Source of the DNA: Candidatus Njordarchaeota archaeon
GTDB lineage: Archaea; Asgardarchaeota; Njordarchaeia; Njordarchaeales; Njordarchaeaceae
Direction of reading: 5' to 3'
NCBI GenBank assembly: GCA_029856055.1
Contig: JAHQWF010000025.1
Location: forward strand, 1 to 32,398
DNA: 32,398 bases
Position 1 is the stretch's first letter, and each line of letters opens with the position of its first letter. A model generated the notes under the pieces. It made no database searches. It saw nothing but the letters and a program-made list of their open reading frames with translations, and was not told the origin of the DNA. Shown one piece after another: positions 1 through 7,651 of this stretch. The position numbers and the translations under genes were made by a program.

Positions 1-164
1 GTTACGTAATGGCATTGCCCCCCACATTAGTATTACGCAAGTATTCTCATTAACTGTCTCGAAGAAATAAGTTACGGCTAATTAATGCCGTTTAATCAGC
101 AATTGCGGATTCGTTGAGGCTTAGGGACTTGTAGTTTTACGGTTCAATTATCGGTTTCCTTGGT

Positions 165-371
165 TTATGTTTTCTGGGTTGTTTGGATTAGGTTGTTTAT
201 GATCAATGTGATTATGTCTTCCATTCTTATTATTCCTTTGAATTCGCCTTTTGTGTTTACTACGCCTATTGTTCTTATTTTGTTGTTCAGCATGATGTTG
301 AAGGCTTCTTTTATTGATGTTTGTTCGCTTACGCGTTCGGTGATGATGAATGGGATATCTTTTATTTTCAA
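165..371 (-). CDS. Small single-CBS-domain protein
   Basis: 68 aa with a CBS pattern (VSEQTSIKEAFNIMLNNKIRTIGVVNTKGEFKGIIRMEDII). TTG start; the frame is closed upstream by a stop at 423-425, so no second CBS unit is encoded. Confidence 0.7.
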   Translation of the reverse strand: MKIKDIPFIITERVSEQTSIKEAFNIMLNNKIRTIGVVNTKGEFKGIIRMEDIITLIINNLIQTTQKT

Positions 372-552
372 TTCTTTATGAAGCGGAGAATGATTTGCGT
401 TTGGGATATGGGTGATAATGCATTAGTTAAATATTATTGTTTTTTATGAAAAGTGTTTGAAGAAATGCATAGGTTTAAGTACTTTGCGTTGCGGTTTTTG
501 TTGCTTGGAGCCTTTCTGGCTCTGTAAATAATTTAGTTTGGAGGTTAGATAA

Positions 553-948
553 TTGGAAAATGTTGATTCGAATTTTACAAAGGTAAGTGAGCTTAAGACG
601 AGGTCTAGAGGTGTTAATCTAAGAGTTCATGTCCTGAATATTCTGGAGCCGAGGAGTGTTTTCTCTAGGTATACTGGTGAGCGTCATACTGTTACTGAAG
701 CTTTAGTTGGTGATGATACTGGTACTGTTCTCTTGACTTTGTGGGATAAGGATGGGGAGAAGGTTGAGGTTGGTAAGACTTATGATTTACGTAATGTCAG
801 AGTGACTGTTTTCAAGAATTCTATTAGGTTGAGTTTGGGTAGGAATGGGGAGATTTCTGAGAGTCCTGTTGAGATTTCTGAAGAATCTGTTAATAAGGAT
901 AATAATGTTTCTGAGAAAGTTGTGACCAGGAGTAAGAGTTATTACTAG
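553..948 (+). CDS. ssb: Single-stranded DNA-binding protein, single OB fold (crenarchaeal SSB/RPA-like)
   Basis: KVSELK..VNLRVHVL..VTEALVGDDTGTVLLTLWD..N..V..F...RL.LGRNGEI is the archaeal single-OB SSB signature. GGAGG at 540-544 precedes the TTG start. Confidence 0.9.
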   Translation: MENVDSNFTKVSELKTRSRGVNLRVHVLNILEPRSVFSRYTGERHTVTEALVGDDTGTVLLTLWDKDGEKVEVGKTYDLRNVRVTVFKNSIRLSLGRNGEISESPVEISEESVNKDNNVSEKVVTRSKSYY

Positions 949-957
949 AGTTATTTC

Positions 958-1842
958 TTACTCTAGTTTCTCTAAGCTCTTCTTACTTTTTCCTTTTAAT
1001 ATGTTTTCTACTATGCGTTTCATTTTTAGGGCATCCTGTTCTAGTATTGGAGATTCACTTATTATTGTTGCTTCTAATTCCTCTTCAACCATTATATCTG
1101 CTAGTGGTATGAATTTTGGTCCGTATCCTTCTCCGAGGGGATGGTGTTTTCTCTCGCCTTTTTCCGAGTACTCTATTTTTGTGAAATGTATGTGTAGTGG
1201 GTTGAAAGCTTTTTTACCTATTTCTTCCTCTAGCATCTCTAATATCTTTTCGTAGTCTTTGCGCGTGTTTAGTATTCCCCCCTCACGAGCATGGATATGG
1301 GGGAAATCAAGTACAGGTTTGGAGTTAGGTATCTCTTTTACCATTTCTATAACTTCGTCGAGTGAACCAAGTTGGGATTTCTTACCCATAGTTTCGGGGC
1401 CTATTAATGGTTTTAATTTCTTTTTTCTCGCTAGATCAGCGACCTCTTTTATAGCGTTTATGGCAATTTCTAGTGCTTCGCGCGGTTTCCTTAATCCATA
1501 GTATCCTGGATGGAATACTACTATGTATGCATCTAGCCAATGCGCTACTTCTAGTGCCATTAGTAATCTCTTTTTTGACGCTTCTATTGTTTCTTCTTTT
1601 TCTGAACTGAAGTTTATTGCGTATGGTGCATGTAGTGATAATAATACATCGTTTTCTTTAGCCTCCTTATTTATTTCTAGCGCCTTATCTTTCTTTATGT
1701 TGATTTGCCTTACTTGCTGCACTTCGAGAGCGTTAAGACCTATTTCACGTAGGAATGCTGGGACTTTTACTATATCGCCTTTAAATCCCAGTGGTTTTCC
1801 AGCTGGGCCGAATCTCACTTTTAATTTCTTTGCTGGGGTCAC
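958..1842 (-). CDS. nfo: Endonuclease IV / AP endonuclease family 2 (TIM barrel)
   Basis: Metal-ligand motifs HAPYAIN, FHPGYY, PETMGK, DFPHIH, HIHF, HH and ESP; archaeal-type N-terminus RFGPAG. Confidence 0.88.
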   Translation of the reverse strand: MTPAKKLKVRFGPAGKPLGFKGDIVKVPAFLREIGLNALEVQQVRQINIKKDKALEINKEAKENDVLLSLHAPYAINFSSEKEETIEASKKRLLMALEVAHWLDAYIVVFHPGYYGLRKPREALEIAINAIKEVADLARKKKLKPLIGPETMGKKSQLGSLDEVIEMVKEIPNSKPVLDFPHIHAREGGILNTRKDYEKILEMLEEEIGKKAFNPLHIHFTKIEYSEKGERKHHPLGEGYGPKFIPLADIMVEEELEATIISESPILEQDALKMKRIVENILKGKSKKSLEKLE

Positions 1843-2004
1843 TTAGGTCTCCTTGCCTAATTTGTTGGAGAACTAAACATTTAATCTATTATGTCTTAAT
1901 TCTATGAAATACATGTTTTTTAAGTAAATGAGAAAATTTATTTATGTTTAAAGCGTTTATTTTTGTAAGACTTTATATAGTTTATTTTTGGTAGGAGATC
2001 TTGT

Positions 2005-3078
2005 ATGGAAGAAACTTTAATCAGTGAATCTATTAATTGGTTTCAAGCATTTGTAATGGCTTTATATAGCGTAACAATAATGTTTTTCGGCGTGGGTATT
2101 CTTTCTGAACGATATAGTGAGATAGTATCGCTCTATAATTTGCTGGCTGGTGACTTCTCTCTATATATCGTATGGCTGTCTTATGGTATATTAATTCTAG
2201 GTGTTTTATCCCTAGTTCTAATGGGTTTTTCCCTAGGGTTTCATCACTATGATTATGCTCTAATCTATTTAGGATTAGCCTTTTTATTAACTGGTGTTTT
2301 TGATATCGCTTATCTAGGTATCTTATACCTAGTAGGCACTGCCCCCATGAATAATGTTTTTTATATAGTATTGTTGGCTAGTGTATTGAAATTAGTAGCT
2401 GGCGCCTTGTCTATCAAATTATCTAGAGATTTGGGAGAAAGTCCTAATTTTATCCCGTTAGTAGCTATTGCTCTCGCTATACCATTTATTAGTGGCTTAA
2501 CAGTTTTTATGGATCCTGGCTATACAGCAGCAGATGTATTTGAGATGATTTGGGATTACGCTTACAACACTGTTTCTTTTGGTATACAGGACATTGTGTA
2601 TCTTTCATTAGGGGGTTACTTATCTACGATAGCGATTTTATCAGTATTGTTTTCACTTATCTTAGCCAATAGAGCTGGAGATCCGAGAAGTAGTTTTGGG
2701 GCTAAATTATCATTAACTTTCGGGGCTTTCAGCGGTATACTAGGTATTCTACTTTCATCTCTTGGTAATGCCTTAGAAAAAGCTAAGGAGATCATCATGT
2801 ACAATGTCAATGCTGAATCCTCTGTTCTTAATCATTACTTTGAAGCTTTGAACATAGTCACTTTCTTCGGGTTGCTTTTACTGGCTTTTTTCATTTTATC
2901 AAGTTACTACGTAGTTGTACCTACCCCGAGAGAAGGGAGAAGAGAGAGGTCGGTAGAGGAAACAATCGAGCGCGTTACAGTTACAGCTGAGGAGAAAAAA
3001 GAGGAAGGAGGCGAGGAGATAATTGAAGGGCTCGAGGAACTTGAATTTGAAGAGTTTGAAGATCTAGAAGAATTTTAA
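2005..3078 (+). CDS. Hypothetical polytopic membrane protein with a highly acidic C-terminal tail
   Basis: About 8-9 hydrophobic segments, then EEKKEEGGEEIIEGLEELEFEEFEDLEEF. AGGAG lies upstream of the ATG. No family recognised. Confidence 0.8.
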   Translation: MEETLISESINWFQAFVMALYSVTIMFFGVGILSERYSEIVSLYNLLAGDFSLYIVWLSYGILILGVLSLVLMGFSLGFHHYDYALIYLGLAFLLTGVFDIAYLGILYLVGTAPMNNVFYIVLLASVLKLVAGALSIKLSRDLGESPNFIPLVAIALAIPFISGLTVFMDPGYTAADVFEMIWDYAYNTVSFGIQDIVYLSLGGYLSTIAILSVLFSLILANRAGDPRSSFGAKLSLTFGAFSGILGILLSSLGNALEKAKEIIMYNVNAESSVLNHYFEALNIVTFFGLLLLAFFILSSYYVVVPTPREGRRERSVEETIERVTVTAEEKKEEGGEEIIEGLEELEFEEFEDLEEF

Positions 3079-3150
3079 AGATAAGAGCTATACTTCCTTC
3101 ACTAATATTATTGCTTATATTATTTAATCTAAGCATCGTGGTGATTTGAC

Positions 3151-3612
3151 TTGTCAGCACCTAACGTTGTTTCCTTCTCTATAGTTACGTCTAAAGAGAA
3201 TTTTGCCAGGATATTCCTGGTAGATAGTCCAAGCAATTTGGAGAAGAATATAAATATGGTTAAAGAAGTTTTCTCGAGAACTAACATAAAAGATTTCTTG
3301 GTAAGTTTCAAGAAACTCATTGATAGCTTAAGTGGTGCTGTAGAGGAAAAAGATATAAAAGACGCTGAATGGGTAGTAGCGTTCGATAAGGTTGGTGATA
3401 ATGGGATACTTTTAGTTGACTTAACTAAGCTTGCAGAAAATATGTACTTGCTTTATCTAAGTAGATCTGTCTGGACTAATCCTCGGGATCCTGGAGAGAA
3501 GCAAGTATCTTTTGAGGCGCATTTCTATGCTAAGGATGGTGTAGTTAGGGATTTTCAGAGGGTGCTAATAATTAGAGGGAACGTGATTTATGATGCTCCG
3601 ATAAAGAAATAA
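3151..3612 (+). CDS. Hypothetical protein (153 aa)
   Basis: GGTGA ribosome-binding site 6 nt before the TTG; typical codon usage; converges on the next gene with a 3-nt gap. Confidence 0.7.
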   Translation: MSAPNVVSFSIVTSKENFARIFLVDSPSNLEKNINMVKEVFSRTNIKDFLVSFKKLIDSLSGAVEEKDIKDAEWVVAFDKVGDNGILLVDLTKLAENMYLLYLSRSVWTNPRDPGEKQVSFEAHFYAKDGVVRDFQRVLIIRGNVIYDAPIKK

Positions 3613-3615
3613 TTA

Positions 3616-4125
3616 CTATTCTTTCTCGGGGTAAAATGTTTCTTTTAGGAATTCAAATACTTTATTCCAAGCTTCTTCTAGGTTTTTTCCAATGATTATT
3701 TCATCTAGATACTTGAATCTCGCTGGCTTTAATTTATCTGGTTTTTTATCAATTGCGACAAATACTGCCTTTGTGTTAGGGAACAAGTGCTTAAATATTT
3801 GAGCTGCTTCATTAGCTGAATCAGCAGCTGCCCGTTTAGCGATTGTGTCGACGAGGAATATTATGTAGGGTTTATCTCTCGGGCTTGATCTCCTATATAT
3901 TACTACCCCGATTTTGCTTAAAGCATGCTTTAGTAGTGGTCTCTTTATATCTGAAGTATCTAAGAATCCACCTTCTATCCATGATGTTATTAGTTTACCT
4001 CTATCCACCTTATACATGCCTGCTAGCTTGACGTCTTGTTGCAAGAATTCTTCCTTAAAACCATACATTATCTCTTTCTCTAGATCATTTCTCAGGGATT
4101 CTTTAGGTTTTTTCTTAGAGGACAT
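3616..4125 (-). CDS. Hypothetical alpha/beta protein (169 aa)
   Basis: GGTGA immediately upstream of the ATG; last gene of an apparent nnr operon; protein-like composition. Confidence 0.75.
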   Translation of the reverse strand: MSSKKKPKESLRNDLEKEIMYGFKEEFLQQDVKLAGMYKVDRGKLITSWIEGGFLDTSDIKRPLLKHALSKIGVVIYRRSSPRDKPYIIFLVDTIAKRAAADSANEAAQIFKHLFPNTKAVFVAIDKKPDKLKPARFKYLDEIIIGKNLEEAWNKVFEFLKETFYPEKE

Positions 4126-4142
4126 AAGTCACCACACCAGAA

Positions 4143-4460
4143 TCATAGGTTGTATCTAAGTAACTCCTTATTTTGATATAAAATAATAATGTTCCGTAAT
4201 TCTTTATCGATACTCTCGATAGTTATTTTGAATGATATTTTAGCTAGGCACTGTATACACATACCCGCCGTGCGAATTATATGCAGGTTAATTACAAGCG
4301 ATGTATCTTGTAGTTCATATGAATAACTTACCTTATGGCAAGGATCTGGGGCTATAATGAATCCATTGATTATCAATTTGTTGTCCAGCCTAGTTACTGT
4401 TGCGGTTGAATCAACTGCACTAGTGCATGTAGGTTTTAGTGATTCAAGTTTTATATCCAT
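4143..4460 (-). CDS. Hypothetical small beta-rich protein with four Cys (PTC, PDPC, CIQC)
   Basis: ATG starts 2 nt after the nnr stop, with GAGGT upstream; alternating hydrophobic beta-strand pattern. Confidence 0.7.
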   Translation of the reverse strand: MDIKLESLKPTCTSAVDSTATVTRLDNKLIINGFIIAPDPCHKVSYSYELQDTSLVINLHIIRTAGMCIQCLAKISFKITIESIDKELRNIIILYQNKELLRYNL

Positions 4461-4462
4461 TA

Positions 4463-5983
4463 CTACGTACCTCTAATATCCCTTAACGCTGAAGGTATCT
4501 CATCAATAACATCTGTAGCTAATAGCTCATAGCTTTTTTTCCTGAAAGCTAGATCTCCAGCATAACCAGATACGAAAGCTCCAGCACAAGAAGCTAGGAA
4601 TAAGTCATTGCATTGAGCCATGAATGCAGCGGTTATGCCGGATAAGACATCCCCGGTTCCACCAACGGTCATTCCTGGATTACCAGTAGTGTTAAATTTA
4701 ATAGTTTTCCCATCGGATATGACATCAATATGCCCCTTTAGAATAATTGTGATGCCGTGGTTCTCAGCCATTTTCCTAGTGATCTCTCCTCTGTCCTTGA
4801 GTTCTAGGGGGGGTTTCTCACCAAATAGTATATTAAATTCACCAGCATGAGGCGTAACAACTATTTTTCCTGAAGGAATGCCATGCTTGGCTATAGCTTT
4901 TAATCCATCAGCATCAATAAGGAGAGGAATACCCTTACTAGCAATAAATCTGGCTAGATCAGCTGCTGCTTCCAGAGTTTCCTCGGCCAGCCCTATTCCT
5001 GGCCCCAATACTACAGTGTCGAAATTACTAATTATTGGTTTTAATAGATCTATGTTCTCCAAACCTAGTGAATCGCCAGGCAATGGTTTAACTATTAAAT
5101 TAGGGGAAAACGATCTGATAACATTAGAAATGAGTTCGGGTGCAGCTACAATTACTAAATCAGCCCCAGTTCTAAGAGCCGCCATAGCGGCTAAAGCTGG
5201 TGCGCCAGAGTAATCCTTGCTCCCCCCTATTATTAGTATCCTGCCGAAGTCTCCCTTATGCGACCACTCAGTTCTTTTCTTTAAGCAGTTAATAACATCG
5301 CCTGGACCGACTAATAAATCCGCTTCTGGAGGTATCCCGATACTGCGTATGATTACTTTGCCCACTTCCTCTTTATCAAAACCTTTCTTAGCTTCATGAA
5401 AAGTAATTGTATAATCTGCATTCACCGTCTCTCCTGTTTTTCTCCCCTCAAAAACATTGAAGCCGCTAGGTACATCAATAGAAACTATTTTGAATCCGAC
5501 CTGGTTTTTTAATTTATTTATCTTTCTTATGGCTTCTAATGCTAATCCTCGCGCAGAACCTTTTATACCAACTCCGAGTAAAGCGTCTACTACTACATCT
5601 ACTTTTTCTAGTACTTCTTCTAGTTTATGGATTTTTGATGAGTCATCTATCTCAATGATTTTAATGCTAAATATCATTCTCCTAAGTATCTCATAGTTTT
5701 TTCTGGCTATTTCTGATCTAATTAGTGATGGCTTACCCATTAGGACCACAGTGACATCGTAATTCATTGATGCCAGGTGTCTAGCAGCCACGAAGCCATC
5801 TCCGCCATTATTGCCAGTACCGCATATAACAGCAATTCTTCTCTTATCTCTGAACTTGCTAGCTACGAAATCCGCAACATTTTTTCCAGCGTTCTCCATT
5901 AATAAGAGAGTATCCACGCCTAGAAATTCCGAGTTTTTATCTAATCTATAAACATCGCTTGGTGACAAGTATTCCGGCATCAT
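4463..5983 (-). CDS. nnr: Bifunctional NAD(P)H-hydrate epimerase/dehydratase (YjeF N and C domains)
   Basis: LMENAG, CGTGNNGGDGFVAARHL, VDALLGVG and SIDVPSG (epimerase); SHKGDFG..GGSKDYSGAP, IDADGL, TPHAGEF and GGTGDVLSG (dehydratase). Confidence 0.95.
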   Translation of the reverse strand: MMPEYLSPSDVYRLDKNSEFLGVDTLLLMENAGKNVADFVASKFRDKRRIAVICGTGNNGGDGFVAARHLASMNYDVTVVLMGKPSLIRSEIARKNYEILRRMIFSIKIIEIDDSSKIHKLEEVLEKVDVVVDALLGVGIKGSARGLALEAIRKINKLKNQVGFKIVSIDVPSGFNVFEGRKTGETVNADYTITFHEAKKGFDKEEVGKVIIRSIGIPPEADLLVGPGDVINCLKKRTEWSHKGDFGRILIIGGSKDYSGAPALAAMAALRTGADLVIVAAPELISNVIRSFSPNLIVKPLPGDSLGLENIDLLKPIISNFDTVVLGPGIGLAEETLEAAADLARFIASKGIPLLIDADGLKAIAKHGIPSGKIVVTPHAGEFNILFGEKPPLELKDRGEITRKMAENHGITIILKGHIDVISDGKTIKFNTTGNPGMTVGGTGDVLSGITAAFMAQCNDLFLASCAGAFVSGYAGDLAFRKKSYELLATDVIDEIPSALRDIRGT

Positions 5984-6079
5984 TAAACACTGGCTAGAAC
6001 TTAACTCAGTAGATTAAGTATTAGTAATTTAACTTAAAACATATTTAATCGTAAAATAATCTGATTGAGAACTTCTCCA

Positions 6080-6140
6080 TAAAATGATGAAGCGAACAGA
6101 CTGCGACGTAAAGGATGAGCGTCCCAGCTCTTCTGATCTC
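6080..6140 (+). ncRNA. Box C/D methylation-guide sRNA, predicted to target the 23S rRNA A-loop (U2552, E. coli numbering)
   Basis: C box ATGATGA 6084-6090; guide AGCGAACAGACT; D' GCGA 6103-6106; C' AGGATGA 6112-6118; guide GCGTCCCAGCTCTT; D box CTGA 6133-6136. C-to-D span is 53 nt, a GC-rich island in an AT-rich spacer. Guides complement the conserved 23S sequences CUGUUCGC and GAGCUGGG. Confidence 0.85.
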
Positions 6141-6214
6141 ACCATAAATATATATATGAATCCATGAAAAACAGAAAAAGTACATCAAAAATTAAATCTT
6201 AACAAGCAGAATAG

Positions 6215-7570
6215 GTGAGCAGCATGGGTCAGCAAAAAAAGAAAAAAGTAATAATAATGGGTGCGGCTGGGCGAGACTTCCATAACTTTAACGTATTCTT
6301 CCGAAACAACCCCGAATACGAAGTAGTATGCTTCACCGCAACACAAATCCCAGGAATAGAAGGAAGAACATACCCACCAGAACTAGCAGGACCACAATAC
6401 CCAAACGGAATCCCAATACACCCCGAAAACCAACTACCAGAACTAATAAAGAAACACAACATAGACTACGTAGTATTCAGCTACAGTGATGTTTCTCATC
6501 AGCATGTTATGGATAGAGCAGCTATCGCAGCAGCAGCAGGAGCAAGCTACATGCTGCTCGGACCAAAACACACAATGCTAAAATCAACAAAACCAGTAAT
6601 CGCAATAGGAGCAGTAAGAACAGGAGCAGGCAAATCGACCGTTTCTAGGAAGGTTGCGAGGATTTTTGCTAAGTGTGGCATCAAAGTAGTTGCGGTTAGA
6701 CATCCCATGCCTTATGGGGATTTGAGGAAGCAGATTGTTCAGAGATTCGCTAGTTACGAGGATTTGGATCGTTATAACGTGACATTTGAGGAGCGGGAGG
6801 AATACGAGCATTATATTGATAACGGATTCGTTGTTTATGCTGGAGTAGACTACGAGAAGATACTTAGGGAGGCTGAGAAGGAGGCGGATGTGATTATTTG
6901 GGATGGGGGGAATAACGATTATCCGTTCTACGTACCTGATTTATTCATTGTGGTGGCGGATGCTCTTAGACCGGGGCATGAGTTGACTTATTGGCCTGGA
7001 TCTGTGAATGTAAGAATGGCTGATGTCGTTATAATTAATAAGGCTGCAGAAGCGGATCTTGATTCTATTCTGAAGATTATGAAGAATGTCAAGGCGGTTA
7101 ATGAAAAAGTTCGCATACTAATTGGGGTATCAACATTGAAAGTGGATGATCCGAGCATGATTGAGGGTAAGAGAGTTATAGTGGTTGAGGATGGTCCAAC
7201 AGTTACTCATGGAGAAATGCCTTTTGGAGCAGGATATGTTGCCTCGATAATGTATGGTGCTAGGGAGATAGTTGATCCTAGGAAGTGGGTTAAACCTGGC
7301 ACGGATCTAGCTATGGCTTATGAGAAGTATAAACATATGAAGAATGTCTTGCCTACATTGGGTTACTCCGATAAGGAGAAGAAGGAGGTCGAGGAGGTTA
7401 TTAATGCTGCTGATGCTGATGTAGTTGTTTCAGGTACGCCTATCGACTTATCTAGAGTTTTAAAAGTGAATAAACCGATAGTTAGGGTTAGATATGAGCT
7501 TGAGGAATCAGGTGACAAGAAGCTAGAAGAGATAATTGGCGAGTTCTTAAAGAATAAAGGTTTGTTATAG
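6215..7570 (+). CDS. arcE: COG2403 P-loop protein (cyclic 2,3-diphosphoglycerate synthetase-like family), probably arginine synthetase type
   Basis: GAAGRDFHNFN, FTATQIP, P-loop AVRTGAGKS, RHPMPYGDL, EEREEYE, WDGGNND, VEDGPT.THG. The start may be the ATG at 6224. The specific function is inferred from family resemblance. Confidence 0.75.
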   Translation: MSSMGQQKKKKVIIMGAAGRDFHNFNVFFRNNPEYEVVCFTATQIPGIEGRTYPPELAGPQYPNGIPIHPENQLPELIKKHNIDYVVFSYSDVSHQHVMDRAAIAAAAGASYMLLGPKHTMLKSTKPVIAIGAVRTGAGKSTVSRKVARIFAKCGIKVVAVRHPMPYGDLRKQIVQRFASYEDLDRYNVTFEEREEYEHYIDNGFVVYAGVDYEKILREAEKEADVIIWDGGNNDYPFYVPDLFIVVADALRPGHELTYWPGSVNVRMADVVIINKAAEADLDSILKIMKNVKAVNEKVRILIGVSTLKVDDPSMIEGKRVIVVEDGPTVTHGEMPFGAGYVASIMYGAREIVDPRKWVKPGTDLAMAYEKYKHMKNVLPTLGYSDKEKKEVEEVINAADADVVVSGTPIDLSRVLKVNKPIVRVRYELEESGDKKLEEIIGEFLKNKGLL

Positions 7571-7651
7571 CTATATCTAATTAATTTTTTATTTAGTTTA
7601 GTTTTTAGGATAAGGTTATTCTTGTTATGTTTTCATGTAAAGGTAATCTCA

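Noticed and set aside
1-100. Short inverted repeats (2-10/32-40; ACGGC/GCCGT at 74-91) and short open frames at the window edge
   Set aside because: Too short and truncated to distinguish a gene end, an RNA structure or chance.
160-381. Plus-strand hydrophobic 73-aa ORF
   Set aside because: Antisense shadow of the CBS gene; its hydrophobicity results from the G/T-rich strand.
6230-6250. A-runs at the start of the COG2403 gene as a slippage or phase-variation site
   Set aside because: They encode QKKKK in frame, and no alternative frame is needed.
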